64,000 nt of DNA from an uncultured virus (IMG/VR IMGVR_UViG_3300028854_000016). Its lineage: Duplodnaviria; Heunggongvirae; Uroviricota; Caudoviricetes. The notes under the pieces were generated by a model, which saw only the letters and a program-made list of their open reading frames with translations, searched no databases and was not told the DNA's origin. This document shows, in pieces, positions 18,288-28,847 of the stretch; position 1 is the stretch's first letter; each line of letters starts with the position of its first letter. Made by a program: the position numbers and the translations under genes. Where the stretch lies: IMG/VR virus record IMGVR_UViG_3300028854_000016, positions 1 through 64,000 of that record; one strand, written 5' to 3'.

Positions 18288-19472
18288 ATGTCAACACCAT
18301 TATTGGAAAATCGTTGGGCTGATACAAAAGCTGCCCTGCTCGAAGGACTTCAAGGTAATCGTAAGTCAGTTATGAGTACAGTCCTAGAGAACACTCGCAA
18401 ATATTTGTCAGAAAGTGCAACAACTGGTTCTACTACTGCTGGCAATATTGCTACACTAAATCGCGTAATTCTGCCTGTAATTCGTCGAGTTATGCCAACA
18501 GTTATTGCCAACGAACTTGTTGGTGTTCAGCCAATGACTGGACCAGTTGGACAGATTCAGACTTTGCGTGTTCGTTATGCACAGACTGATAATGTTACTG
18601 CTCCTTATCCTTGGAATACTGGAACTACAGCAGGAGATGAAGCATTAAGCCCATTCAAGATTGCAACAGCTTACTCTGGTAGTGCATCTACTGGTATGGC
18701 TGATTATACAGCTAATCTTGAAGGACAAGCTGGTAATAAAATTAACGTTCAAATTCTACGTCAGACAGTTGAAGCCAAGAGCCGCAAGCTATCTGCCCGC
18801 TGGACATTTGAAGCAGCACAAGATGCACAAGCAATGCACGGCATCGATGTGGAAGCTGAAATTATGGCTGCTCTTGCTCAAGAAATCACTGCTGAAATCG
18901 ACCAAGAAATCATTGGTTCATTGCAAGCACTTTCTGGAACAGATCAGACTTATGATCAGTCTCTAGTTTCTGGAACTGCAACTTATGTTGGTGACGAACA
19001 TGCTGCTCTAGCAGTTATGATTAATCGTGCAGCTAACTTAATTGCACAACGCACTCATCGTGGCGCTGGCAACTGGGCAGTTGTAAGTCCAACAGCATTA
19101 ACAGTATTGCAAAGTGCAACAACTTCAGCTTTTGCAAGAACCACTGAAGGAACATTTGAAGCACCAACAAATACAAAATTAGTTGGCACATTAAATGGAT
19201 CAATGAAAATTTATGTAAATGGATATGCTCCAGATTCTCAGCCAGTGCTTGTAGGTTATAAAGGCGCTTCTGAGTCAGATGCAGCAGCTTTCTATTGTCC
19301 ATATATTCCATTGATGAGTTCTGGAGTTGTTCTTGATCCAGTCACATTCGAGCCAGTAACTAGCTTCTTGACTCGTTATGGATACGTTGAATTAACTAAC
19401 AGCGCAAGTTCTTTGGGTAATGCTGCTGACTATCTCAGCAGTATCAACGTGGCAAATCTTTCATTTAGCTAA
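18288..19472 (+). CDS. major capsid protein (T4 gp23-like)
   Basis: LVGVQPMTGPVGQI, VEAKSRKLSARWTFEAAQD, FYCPYIPL, FLTRYG. Confidence 0.96.
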   Translation: MSTPLLENRWADTKAALLEGLQGNRKSVMSTVLENTRKYLSESATTGSTTAGNIATLNRVILPVIRRVMPTVIANELVGVQPMTGPVGQIQTLRVRYAQTDNVTAPYPWNTGTTAGDEALSPFKIATAYSGSASTGMADYTANLEGQAGNKINVQILRQTVEAKSRKLSARWTFEAAQDAQAMHGIDVEAEIMAALAQEITAEIDQEIIGSLQALSGTDQTYDQSLVSGTATYVGDEHAALAVMINRAANLIAQRTHRGAGNWAVVSPTALTVLQSATTSAFARTTEGTFEAPTNTKLVGTLNGSMKIYVNGYAPDSQPVLVGYKGASESDAAAFYCPYIPLMSSGVVLDPVTFEPVTSFLTRYGYVELTNSASSLGNAADYLSSINVANLSFS

Positions 19473-19485
19473 TAAACAGTAATAT

Positions 19486-19524
19486 AAAATAAAAGCCTCA
19501 GGGAAATCTGAGGCTTTTATTTTA
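19486..19524 (+). terminator. intrinsic terminator after the capsid gene
   Basis: aaaataaaagcctcag-ggaaat-ctgaggcttttatttt. Confidence 0.8.
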
Positions 19525-19612
19525 TTCAGAAAAGAAATCACAGTAGCTTTAGCTCTGTGGATGAATTTTCTGTTGCAATTAATATAAATCGAGAAGGACT
19601 TAGAATAATAGG

Positions 19613-19984
19613 GATGGAATGTCCCAAATATACACTTGTGGAGATACCACCGCTGGGCAATATTGATGAAAATCAATCTTGTAAGTATGTGTCAGAGAAA
19701 CAGGAAGCAAACTGCCTTAGTATGTGTGATTCACACAGCAATACATCCAAATGAAAAATATTGTGTACTTGTGGGTCTGGGAAATTACGAAAATATATTT
19801 CTCTTTCTAAAAGATTGTCGTTTTGCGAAAAAGCCAATTTTTTCTACTCTGCTAAAGAATGTATCAGCAAAAAATGTATTGAAGCTGCAAAATTGTGAGA
19901 CAAAGAACTTGCAAAAACACGACGAGCAAAAACTAATTTAATAAAATATGGGGTTAAAAATAGCAGGCAAGATGCTTGGCTATG
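19613..19984 (+). pseudogene. degenerate remnant of a KYGV-repeat endonuclease gene
   Basis: broken Cys-rich frames; near 19930-19980 a frame reads KTNLIKYGVKNSRQ. Confidence 0.45.
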
Positions 19985-20015
19985 AAATAGATAAATATAT
20001 AAGAGGATTAAATAA

Positions 20016-22796
20016 ATGAAGAAGTTACTTATTTTTTCAGCAATATTATCATTAATTACATTACCTTCAATATTTCTTGGTCAGCAAGTTCAGGCTCCTG
20101 GTGGAGTAAATTTTGGTAATAAAAATATACTTACTGAAATATCTGGAAATGGTGTGCCAACAGGTAGTTGTTCATATAGAGCCCGATATATTCAATTGGA
20201 TGCTGTAGCAGGAGCTAACTCTTGGGAATGTATTAACGGAGGATGGGTAAATCAAGGAGGAAGCAGCAGTAGTGGCGTAGCCAGTGTAACGGCTATATTA
20301 CCTCTTTTAGTCAATGGTGGCGCTGGCCCAGTCACTGGAGCAGCTACTGTGTCCTGCCCTACGTGTGGTGGAGGTAGTGGGGGTGTTCCCAGTGTCAATG
20401 GAATCACCAGTGCAGTGACTATTCTGGCTGGAGCAAACATGGGCGTAGCTACAGTCGGCGACAACATCACTCTTAGTAGTACAGGCGGCGGCGCGGGTGT
20501 TCCCAGTGTCAATGGAATCACTAATGCGGTGACTATTCTGGCTGGCGCGAACATGGGAGTAGCTACAGTTGGCGACAACATCACGCTTAGTAGTACAGGC
20601 AGCGGAGGGGGTTATATATTGCCTCCTGCAACTACATCTACTTTGGGAGGAGTAAAAGCAGATGGTGTTACAACAACTGTGGCAGTCGATGGTACTATAT
20701 CTTCAACTAGTGGCTTATATACTATTCCAGTAAACACAAATGTATTGGTCGGATTTGATTCTAGAAATTTAGTGTCAACAACATGCCAAAGTACTGGGCT
20801 GTCCGTATCTGGAGATGGCTCAATTACATCAGGAAGTATTGCAGGAGGAGTGTTCACAGCCACTTCAATTAACAACGATATTCCTGGAACCATTTTAACT
20901 CTGAGCCAGTTTACAGGTGCAGCATCAGTATTGAACGGCCAAGTAATTACTCTATTACCAACTCCTACTCCTACCAGTTTTACTGCTAATGTGACTGGAA
21001 TTACTACTCTCAGCAGCACAGGAAGCGGCATGTCTGTCTGTACAAATATAGTACCAACGCAACTTAGTCGGGAGCCTGTTGCATCTCATGCAAATGTAAT
21101 AAACGTATCATCAGGAAATTATACTACTACGATGTTTATTGCCAACTTTGCATCCATAGTAGGACCCTACTATCCGTCTGTCACTGGAAAGCCAGCTTTA
21201 GCAATACTACAAGGCGGCGCGTTCGATGCACTTAGTTGTGATACAGCAGCAAGTATCGAGGCAAATCTACAGACAATTTGGGGTCTTTATCATTCACAAG
21301 GAATTCCTGTTATGCAATCAACTCTCATTCCAGTACAGATTAATGATTTCTGTCCTGTTGCTCAGATGACTATTTACCAAGTAAATAATTGGCTTAAAAC
21401 TCAGGGACCCACCCAAGTTGCCACTGGTAATTCATCTTGGGATAACTTAGTCGATCTTGGGGGATTAATATGGGATCCATATAACCCATTGTTCATGCTT
21501 CAAACAGGAACAGTTGATCATCCTACTGATGCAGGAGCATCTAGAATTGCTGATGCTCTTAATGCTGGAATTGCTAATCCAGGAAGTATGGCTAATATTC
21601 CAGGGGGTGTTATTATTGTAAGTGCAGTAGAACAAGGCTCGTATTATCAAGGATTCCAATTAATTGATCCTCCAAATAACGGGTCAATGATGATCTTTCC
21701 TGCTGGAGATGGTAGCACAGGGACAAGTATTGACGGCTGGGGTGAGTTGGTCAATGATTTTCTTTTTGATTTCTTAGCTATTCGACCTTCCTACACTGCT
21801 AGGGTAATGCCAAGTTCACTTGGTGCTTATGGTTTTGCAAATAGTGTAAGCGGTCGATTGGATAATTTCCCTCCTTCTTTATGCATGATGGCTGATTCCA
21901 GTATGAATGGAATATTTAGTTTTGGCTGGTCTGGAGGATATGGAAATGACTGTGTGCCATTTGCTAAGAATGCTGGTATGGGATTTGGATACTGGTATGG
22001 TCCTGCTACTGCTCCTACTGGCGCTTGTAATACTTCAGTTACATCTCCAATAGGATCTTGGATTTCAAGCCGTGATGGAAAATTGACTTACTGTAATAGT
22101 TCCAGTGTTTATCAAGATGAAACTCCTGGTTCAACTATATCTGGAGTATCTTCAATTATTCCATCAAGAGGAATCATTTGCAGTCCTTTGGATTTGGTAT
22201 CAGGTACATGTAGTGGTGTTGTAACTTTAAGCAGCTCATCTCCTTCTATCAGTTATGGCGTGGGTGCTCCTACAGCTTTTATTGGAACTCACTCATATTG
22301 GCGTGTAACTGTGGACGCAGTACGTGGTTCTTTTGCTGTGATTGGAGAGTTACAATTTAGAGAAGTTTCAGGAGTAAACGAAATTCCAGTAGGTGGCTCT
22401 CCTATCGAAAGCAGTGAATATAGCAGTGGTTGGAGTGATGTTTTGGCTTACGATGGTGACTTTACAACAGGTTGGGCGCCTACAACCACAATAAGTGAGT
22501 GGATTGGATACCATTTTGGAACAGCTAGGAGCGTTTCTCAACTAGCCATCGCTCCAATGACTGGGCGCGAGTCTGATGTTCCTTCTGGATTTACTGTATC
22601 TTTTTCAGATGACAATGTGGCGTATACCAATGTTTTGTCAGAAACCAGCGTGCCAATTGGAATCACTGGAGTATTTAATACATATACAATTCCAGGAGGA
22701 ACTCCCAACAATGAAAATGATATATATTACGATACAAGTGGCGCATCTTATATTATGTATGTATTTCATTTAGGAGCATGGCATCAAATAAACTAA
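20016..22796 (+). CDS. large Ser/Thr/Gly-rich fibre-like protein with signal peptide, SGNH-hydrolase-like and discoidin-like domains
   Basis: MKKLLIFSAILSLITLPSIFLG; GFDSR / GGAFDA / DHPTDAG SGNH-like blocks; AYDGDFTTGW..EWIGYHFG; visibly more GC-rich than its neighbours. Confidence 0.6.
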   Translation: MKKLLIFSAILSLITLPSIFLGQQVQAPGGVNFGNKNILTEISGNGVPTGSCSYRARYIQLDAVAGANSWECINGGWVNQGGSSSSGVASVTAILPLLVNGGAGPVTGAATVSCPTCGGGSGGVPSVNGITSAVTILAGANMGVATVGDNITLSSTGGGAGVPSVNGITNAVTILAGANMGVATVGDNITLSSTGSGGGYILPPATTSTLGGVKADGVTTTVAVDGTISSTSGLYTIPVNTNVLVGFDSRNLVSTTCQSTGLSVSGDGSITSGSIAGGVFTATSINNDIPGTILTLSQFTGAASVLNGQVITLLPTPTPTSFTANVTGITTLSSTGSGMSVCTNIVPTQLSREPVASHANVINVSSGNYTTTMFIANFASIVGPYYPSVTGKPALAILQGGAFDALSCDTAASIEANLQTIWGLYHSQGIPVMQSTLIPVQINDFCPVAQMTIYQVNNWLKTQGPTQVATGNSSWDNLVDLGGLIWDPYNPLFMLQTGTVDHPTDAGASRIADALNAGIANPGSMANIPGGVIIVSAVEQGSYYQGFQLIDPPNNGSMMIFPAGDGSTGTSIDGWGELVNDFLFDFLAIRPSYTARVMPSSLGAYGFANSVSGRLDNFPPSLCMMADSSMNGIFSFGWSGGYGNDCVPFAKNAGMGFGYWYGPATAPTGACNTSVTSPIGSWISSRDGKLTYCNSSSVYQDETPGSTISGVSSIIPSRGIICSPLDLVSGTCSGVVTLSSSSPSISYGVGAPTAFIGTHSYWRVTVDAVRGSFAVIGELQFREVSGVNEIPVGGSPIESSEYSSGWSDVLAYDGDFTTGWAPTTTISEWIGYHFGTARSVSQLAIAPMTGRESDVPSGFTVSFSDDNVAYTNVLSETSVPIGITGVFNTYTIPGGTPNNENDIYYDTSGASYIMYVFHLGAWHQIN
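20382..20600 (+). repeat. 114-bp tandem coding duplication
   Basis: GVPSVNGIT(S/N)AVTILAGANMGVATVGDNITLSSTG twice, starting at 20382 and 20496. Confidence 0.9.
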
Positions 22797-22805
22797 CTTA
22801 GTATG

Positions 22806-22839
22806 CATCAGTAACTATAACTGATCTAGTTACTGATGC
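22806..22839. terminator. hairpin after the fibre-like gene
   Basis: catcagtaacta...tagttactgatg. Confidence 0.55.
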
Positions 22840-23003
22840 GTAACTGGCGCACTATCCAATTTATAATGTAACAGTGTTTTAGATAGAATTATTTACTTTA
22901 CAACCAAAAATTATATAAATTGATAAATACTAATGACTAATAAATATTAGTTTTATGAAGTAAGTAATCTTCGTAGGGAGTAGAACTCCAAAGAGGTAAT
23001 ATA

Positions 23004-23888
23004 ATGGGTCGCCCGTTAAAAAGACAAAAATATTTTGATCACGTTGATGCAAATAAAACCAATGTAGTTCATCAAATTCAATCAACAACTTGGGGACCAG
23101 CAGATTCATCTGCGCTTCCTGGTTATTTAACAAAGCAAAATAGCACAAATAGATTCCGTGCTCATACAGTCAATGGAAATAGTTTAACCACTCTTTCTAA
23201 TGGGACACCCACTTCTGCTGGTTATTCAGCAGTTAAAGTTTTTCCAGTTGGGTCAGATCCTGTTGTTTATGCAAATGCTACTGCAAAGTTAAAAATTATT
23301 AATGCTACAGTGGTAAATGGTGGAAATAATTATCATGCTAATGATGTTCTAAGTGTTTCTGGTGGAACATTTGGTAATTCAGCAACAATAACAGTCAATT
23401 CAGTGTTTGGTAATAGTGCTGTAAATGCAATCACTCTAAATGCTGTGGCAAATCAAGGATATTCTGCTTTGCCAGCAAATATTGCTGGAGTTGCAACTGT
23501 TGATACAACCAATGCAAATGGAATTGGAGCAATATTCAGCGTTAATTTTGGTCTTGAAAGCGTGAATGTTGTTTCTGGTGGAAACAATTATTCCAGCGCA
23601 ACTCTAGTATTTCCAGGATCCCAAACAGCCCCAACAGTTACTTCATTTGTTGTTGCTGGATCACTTGTTAACAACGTAGCTGTGAATACACCTGGAGTTA
23701 TCAATGTTAACCCAACTGTTACTGTTGAAGGAACATCAGGAACAACTGAATATGTTAAACAGATTCAATCTGAACACCAAGTTCTTACGTTCGGAGGAAA
23801 TGTATATAATTGGTTGCCAAAAGGAGTAACTCCTCCTGCTGATTATGCAAATCTTAACATTAAATTGGCTTACTTAGACACTTTGTAA
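23004..23888 (+). CDS. virion structural protein (Asn/Val/Gly-rich beta repeats)
   Basis: MGRPLKR start, VVNGGNNY/VVSGGNNY repeats, upstream ATAAATA. Confidence 0.6.
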   Translation: MGRPLKRQKYFDHVDANKTNVVHQIQSTTWGPADSSALPGYLTKQNSTNRFRAHTVNGNSLTTLSNGTPTSAGYSAVKVFPVGSDPVVYANATAKLKIINATVVNGGNNYHANDVLSVSGGTFGNSATITVNSVFGNSAVNAITLNAVANQGYSALPANIAGVATVDTTNANGIGAIFSVNFGLESVNVVSGGNNYSSATLVFPGSQTAPTVTSFVVAGSLVNNVAVNTPGVINVNPTVTVEGTSGTTEYVKQIQSEHQVLTFGGNVYNWLPKGVTPPADYANLNIKLAYLDTL

Positions 23889-23902
23889 ATAATTGTGATA
23901 AT

Positions 23903-23937
23903 TTTATAGGCATGAATAAATTATTCATGCCTATAAA
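23903..23937 (+). terminator. intrinsic terminator
   Basis: tttataggcatgaat-aaatt-attcatgcctataaa. Confidence 0.65.
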
Positions 23938-23973
23938 TTTGTTTTTATATAAATAACATTAGAGGGTATAATA

Positions 23974-24345
23974 ATGTCAGACTCTAATGTTACGGTAACC
24001 ACATCTGCAACACTATCAGAAACAACTTCAACAGCAAATATAGCTGAAACAGATGATAATGGCGTTGAAGTTTATAATCCATCTATAAACAATTGGGATA
24101 AAAGATTCTGGCGTTCAGTAGTTTCAGTCCCAAATGGCACTGGAAGCACTTCAAAAGTAGCTACATTATCTATAGTATGGATAACATTAGGGATTTTGAT
24201 TTATCTTATTGCAATAACTCATGGTATACCAGATCATATAATGCTATTGAGTTATTTTAGTAGTTTGCTTATCTGTGTAATTTATAGCCCAGCAAAAATT
24301 ATTGAATTATTACAACTACGATTTGGTAATGGAAGTAAAAAATAA
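23974..24345 (+). CDS. small membrane protein (two predicted TM segments), holin candidate
   Basis: two hydrophobic stretches, basic C-terminus, late promoter motif upstream. Confidence 0.45.
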   Translation: MSDSNVTVTTSATLSETTSTANIAETDDNGVEVYNPSINNWDKRFWRSVVSVPNGTGSTSKVATLSIVWITLGILIYLIAITHGIPDHIMLLSYFSSLLICVIYSPAKIIELLQLRFGNGSKK

Positions 24346-24765
24346 TTATTTGGAAAATAAGCTTTCAGCTAATTGAATTTTTTCTTTGATGGTAGCAATT
24401 GATAACGAATTAAAAAGTCCAGGATGCAAAGGTTTCGGGAATTTTTCTAATGCAGTCCAACAATAACCATCATGCTCACTATTTAAAGTAGGAATAAATT
24501 CCCTTTCAATAATAAAAATGAATGAATGATATCTAAATTCTTCATCAAAACTAGTAAATGTTTCTAGAGGAATATATTTTTCTATTTCTGGAATACTTCC
24601 CAATTCTTCAAGCAATTCTCGATTTAATCCAACAATAGTATTTTCATCTAGATTTAATTTTCCACCAGGCAACCCCCAAGTCCCTCTTGTTTTCGTATTA
24701 TTGCGAAGAAGGAATAAAAATCGTTTTGTTGATTTTGAATAGAAGAGTGCTCCAGCAGCAATCAT
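24346..24765 (-). CDS. NUDIX hydrolase
   Basis: WGLPGGKLNLDENTIVGLNRELLEELG Nudix box. Confidence 0.88.
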   Translation of the reverse strand: MIAAGALFYSKSTKRFLFLLRNNTKTRGTWGLPGGKLNLDENTIVGLNRELLEELGSIPEIEKYIPLETFTSFDEEFRYHSFIFIIEREFIPTLNSEHDGYCWTALEKFPKPLHPGLFNSLSIATIKEKIQLAESLFSK

Positions 24766-26108
24766 TAGATTATTAATCTCCAGTTTTCAGCAGTATAGGG
24801 ACCGTTCCATCCATTCACCCATGCATTTCCATTCCATTGAATTTGAGAACTGGTATTATTGTCGTATACAAACTGAATATTTCCAATATTGTTATTGGCA
24901 GAAAAGGTAGTGATCCATGAATTTCCATTATAACTTATAATATCATTGACTTTTGCAGATGCGTTACTATTTACAGTATTATATGGCCAATTTGTCCCAA
25001 TATCACTAGTTAGTAAATAACTTTGGCCAATGTTAGCATTGGGCAATCCAATATTTGGTGCTTCACTTTCAGGATTTATAATTGCAGTAATTGCTGGCAA
25101 AGTGTTTATTGGCAAAGTTGCTATATTGGCGTTGAAAAGAACAATTGTAGAATCAGAAGGATTAACAGTTATGGTTCCAATAATTTCATTTGTGTCTCCA
25201 GCATAAGTTAACCCAATTTCTGATACCCCTTGTCTAATATTTCCATAAACTCCAAGAATTCCATTCCAATCCAACGGCTGTCCGTAGACTCCAGCCACAT
25301 TGGATGAATTGACTCCTTGATTAAGAATTCTTATTTGATTATTATTTACAAACAGTCCATAATTATTGTATGTTACTACTTGTCTAGTTCCATATACAAT
25401 ATCATTAATTCCTGCCAATTCGCCAATATTGGAAATAACTTTGAATATAACTCCCATTTTACTAACATGAGCAGGGAGAGTTAACCAAATAGGAGATTCA
25501 AATTGTAACGTACTTATATCATAAGAAGTGTCATTTCCTTGACCAACTGGAATAGTTCTATTTGACCAAGTGGTATCGTTTAATTCCAAATAACTTAAAC
25601 TTTCCCAATCTTCATAATTGTCAGTTTTTTGAATTTCTATTGATGGGTTAAATAATGGCAATATTTGTTCTAAAATTTGTAATTTTTGTTGTGTATTGCT
25701 AGTAACAATGTCGAGACGCACTTCTAATTTATATGGAACAGGCATGAATTTTTTAACTGTGTAAGCATTTCCTTGAGCAGGAAGATAAGTTCCGCAAGCA
25801 GGAGAAAATACTCTAGTTCTCACTGTAGATGAATCTACATATGTTGGGGTTTGAGTTCTTGGTCTGTCAAATTTTAGATTATTAATGTATATGGAAATCA
25901 TCGGGATACTAGGTAAAATATTCTCGCTGTTTAATCTTTGAATTGTCGCTGCTTGTATAGAGCCATCTCCCCATATAACAGGAACAGATGAATATAATTG
26001 ATTTCCAGATGCATCCAATCCATATTGCACTTGGAATTCGCTGAATACTCGCATAATCTGCAAAATCCATTTTCTTATTTGGGCTGAATATTGAAAAGTT
26101 TGTGCCAT
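24765..26108 (-). CDS. tail terminator / sheath stabiliser (T4 gp15-like)
   Basis: QIRKWILQIMRVFS, PVPYKL, QKLQILEQILPLFNPS. Confidence 0.8.
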   Translation of the reverse strand: MAQTFQYSAQIRKWILQIMRVFSEFQVQYGLDASGNQLYSSVPVIWGDGSIQAATIQRLNSENILPSIPMISIYINNLKFDRPRTQTPTYVDSSTVRTRVFSPACGTYLPAQGNAYTVKKFMPVPYKLEVRLDIVTSNTQQKLQILEQILPLFNPSIEIQKTDNYEDWESLSYLELNDTTWSNRTIPVGQGNDTSYDISTLQFESPIWLTLPAHVSKMGVIFKVISNIGELAGINDIVYGTRQVVTYNNYGLFVNNNQIRILNQGVNSSNVAGVYGQPLDWNGILGVYGNIRQGVSEIGLTYAGDTNEIIGTITVNPSDSTIVLFNANIATLPINTLPAITAIINPESEAPNIGLPNANIGQSYLLTSDIGTNWPYNTVNSNASAKVNDIISYNGNSWITTFSANNNIGNIQFVYDNNTSSQIQWNGNAWVNGWNGPYTAENWRLII

Positions 26109-26120
26109 TATTCCTCAAAT

Positions 26121-27593
26121 TTATATAGATATATCATTTGTCATGGTAGTTGAAGCTAAAAATTGATTAAGTATTGGTTGATAAACAAAAGATTGGCTGC
26201 TAAATGTATTGGGATTTGCGGTAGCTGCATTGGAAGAAATTTCCCCTGCTCCAATAAAATTTGTCGGCCAATTAAATGAATGTTGACCTATACTATCTTG
26301 AATAATTATAAATGTAAATTCTCTTGGGCATGGATTAATGATTATTGCGTTTGCATCTCCAGTTAGTGTTATGACTTGTATCGATCCAAGAGTTAAGTCA
26401 AAAATTGGATTGGGATAGTAGGGTACAATATTTTCCATTGAAATGTCTCCGTCTTCTGGATAATTTTTCCCAATATTGAAAAGACTGTCCAAAGATTGTA
26501 AGATTGGTTCTGATATATTAGAGTTATTAACAAAAGTATTTGAATTATTTATAAATGTATCTTTTTGAGTTTTTCCTTTTCCTGGAGTTAATTGAGTCCT
26601 AACATCTTTATTTACAAATTGCCACATACTTCCATTCCATCTAAATAGTCTCGCTGGAAAATAATCTTGGCGAAGAATATATTGTCCAACAGTTGGCGAC
26701 GGAGGAAATTCAGTAGCTGGGTAAACTGAATAACCATCAATTGCTTCTCCATTTCCCACCAAATAACCAGTAAATTTTTGTTCAGGACTTGACCCTAATG
26801 GCGCTGGACCATTTTTGGGATTTCCGCCAATATATAATGGTGCCCATAATGGATTGGTATCATAACCTGACTCAGGAACTTCGTGCTCTGCTTGTTTTAT
26901 AATGGCAACATCCATAGTTTCATATGTATTTATTGAACTACTAATATTACCATAAGTAGTAGTATTTCCATTTATTAACACTGGACTTCCATTCACTCCA
27001 ATAACTGTTTGGTTTAAAATATCTGCATATTCTTGAGAATCTACCATTGGAATACATTTAACTCTCCAAAGATGAGGCCACCAATCCCAGCCGTACCCCA
27101 ATGCACTTTTGGTAGCATCTTGAATTACATAATATCTTTTTAATGCTACTGGTACAGTTTCGTCGAGGCTATAAAATTCTTTAAGATTGGGAAGTTCCAA
27201 AACATCCCCAGACATTAACTTTCTTCCAATAGTATTAACCATTTCATTGAGATGAAAAGTAATAAATAATGTTCCAGAAGAAATCATCAATCCCCATTGG
27301 CTCAAATCTAAATCCAATTCAGAGATAGAATAATGGCATCTCAAACGAAATATATCTTGTCTATATTTTCTATCTCTATTTTCAAGAAACAGCACATCTT
27401 GAATATTCTGAGCACTCAAATTTGGATAGTTAGGTTGAGTTGCATCGTTTGTAACATTGGGATTTTCTGCACCAAGGTATAAATGAATATAAGAATCCAC
27501 TCCACCAACAGTGAATTGTTCATTAATTTGTCTATCTAGCCACTTTGAATCAGTGCCATATTTTTCATTTTTCCAACCACTGATTCTTGACAT
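26121..27593 (-). CDS. neck / head closure protein (T4 gp14-like) with C-terminal extension
   Basis: IQDVLFLENRDRKY, DLSQWGL, LFITFHLNEM..GRKLMSGDVLELP; adjacent to the gp15-like gene. Confidence 0.7.
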   Translation of the reverse strand: MSRISGWKNEKYGTDSKWLDRQINEQFTVGGVDSYIHLYLGAENPNVTNDATQPNYPNLSAQNIQDVLFLENRDRKYRQDIFRLRCHYSISELDLDLSQWGLMISSGTLFITFHLNEMVNTIGRKLMSGDVLELPNLKEFYSLDETVPVALKRYYVIQDATKSALGYGWDWWPHLWRVKCIPMVDSQEYADILNQTVIGVNGSPVLINGNTTTYGNISSSINTYETMDVAIIKQAEHEVPESGYDTNPLWAPLYIGGNPKNGPAPLGSSPEQKFTGYLVGNGEAIDGYSVYPATEFPPSPTVGQYILRQDYFPARLFRWNGSMWQFVNKDVRTQLTPGKGKTQKDTFINNSNTFVNNSNISEPILQSLDSLFNIGKNYPEDGDISMENIVPYYPNPIFDLTLGSIQVITLTGDANAIIINPCPREFTFIIIQDSIGQHSFNWPTNFIGAGEISSNAATANPNTFSSQSFVYQPILNQFLASTTMTNDISI

Positions 27594-27594
27594 A

Positions 27595-28752
27595 TTATAT
27601 TACCTCTATCGTATTTATGGATTTATTTGAAATATATTGTAGTATATCATTTTTGATTTCTTCTTTTTTAGAATTCCAGTCCAATTCCCATATGATCATT
27701 AAATCAATTTCTTTTTCTTTGCACAATTTTGATTTTCGCGCATCTCTTTCCCATATTTTTTGAGCACTTCCCTTGCATTTATTAATATCGTGTTCATTAT
27801 ATTTTCTAGGGTCCATGTGCCAATAAGTTCCTTGAAATTCAATAGCGAAATTTATATTGGGACAGTAAAAATCAAGTTCAAATTTTTTTAAGGGTTTCCA
27901 AGTATTTGATACAAATTGTATATTATTTTCATTTAAAAAATTGGAAAGCTCAAGCTCATAACTTGAAGTCCCAGTATCTGTTATAATATTTAAATTATAT
28001 CGTTTATGATAATTGTAAATAGTTACTGGAGTACATCCTAATATTTTTGATAATTTAATAACTCCATATTTTATTAGCATTTTAGTAAAAACATCTTTAT
28101 TTTCAAGTATTTTAATAGTTTCTTGAGAGAAATGTTTTTGAGCATAAAAAGAAACTCCATTATTTTCTATACAAGTATCAATTTTTTGTTGTTTAACTTT
28201 TGGATTTTTAGATGGATTATCATAACCAGAATTTTTCATACAGGTATTTTTGATAATTTTTTGAACTTTTTCTTCTCTCATGGGATGGCCACTAACATAG
28301 TTTTTTATAAATGTTTCTTTTATTCGAGTTTTGATAATAGAAGATTTTGATGGATTATTGACTCCCCAATTTTTAATAAACTTTTGTTTATTTTCTTCTT
28401 TAATTTTTTCTGATTTTCCAGGATTATCTGTTCCATATTTTTCTAAACAGGTTTCTTTAGTTCTATATTGAATACATTTACAGCCACGTTTACAGCTAAA
28501 TTTATGTGTCGATGGCCTGTATTTTTGTTTATTTCCATATGAACAAATTAATTCAAAATTAGGATTTAAAATTAAAAAAATTTTTGATCCCAAAGAATCA
28601 TTAAAATTAGAATATAAATTATTAATTTCGTCATTTATCCATTTTAATAAATCTTTATGATCATTGTTTCTAATTAAATTAATAAAATATGGAGATTCCT
28701 TTTTTAATTTTAAAATTTCTCCAACAGCATTTTCACGAGTATAAATATTCAT
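27595..28752 (-). CDS. free-standing homing endonuclease (KYG repeats plus Vsr-like domain)
   Basis: ELDFYCPNINFAIEFQGTYWHMDP...IWELDW; start placed at MNIY after the GGAG SD. Confidence 0.78.
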   Translation of the reverse strand: MNIYTRENAVGEILKLKKESPYFINLIRNNDHKDLLKWINDEINNLYSNFNDSLGSKIFLILNPNFELICSYGNKQKYRPSTHKFSCKRGCKCIQYRTKETCLEKYGTDNPGKSEKIKEENKQKFIKNWGVNNPSKSSIIKTRIKETFIKNYVSGHPMREEKVQKIIKNTCMKNSGYDNPSKNPKVKQQKIDTCIENNGVSFYAQKHFSQETIKILENKDVFTKMLIKYGVIKLSKILGCTPVTIYNYHKRYNLNIITDTGTSSYELELSNFLNENNIQFVSNTWKPLKKFELDFYCPNINFAIEFQGTYWHMDPRKYNEHDINKCKGSAQKIWERDARKSKLCKEKEIDLMIIWELDWNSKKEEIKNDILQYISNKSINTIEVI

Positions 28753-28814
28753 AAGCTGATACTTCTCCATACACAGTATTAGAGTAGTCGAGGACCCCTA
28801 TTCCTGTGGTCTGC
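28753..28814 (-). ncRNA. structured endonuclease-gene leader motif, copy 2
   Basis: gcagac-cac-agga-loop-tcct-c-gactac-tctaa-tact-(ggag)-agta-tcagc-tt-ATG. Confidence 0.6.
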
Positions 28815-28847
28815 ATTAGTATTTATGGATTTTAAATAAATACTTAT

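Noticed and set aside
22968..23003. Fourth copy of the structured leader
   Set aside because: A ggag/ctcc hairpin is present but the CRC bulge, TCTA and CAGC elements are missing
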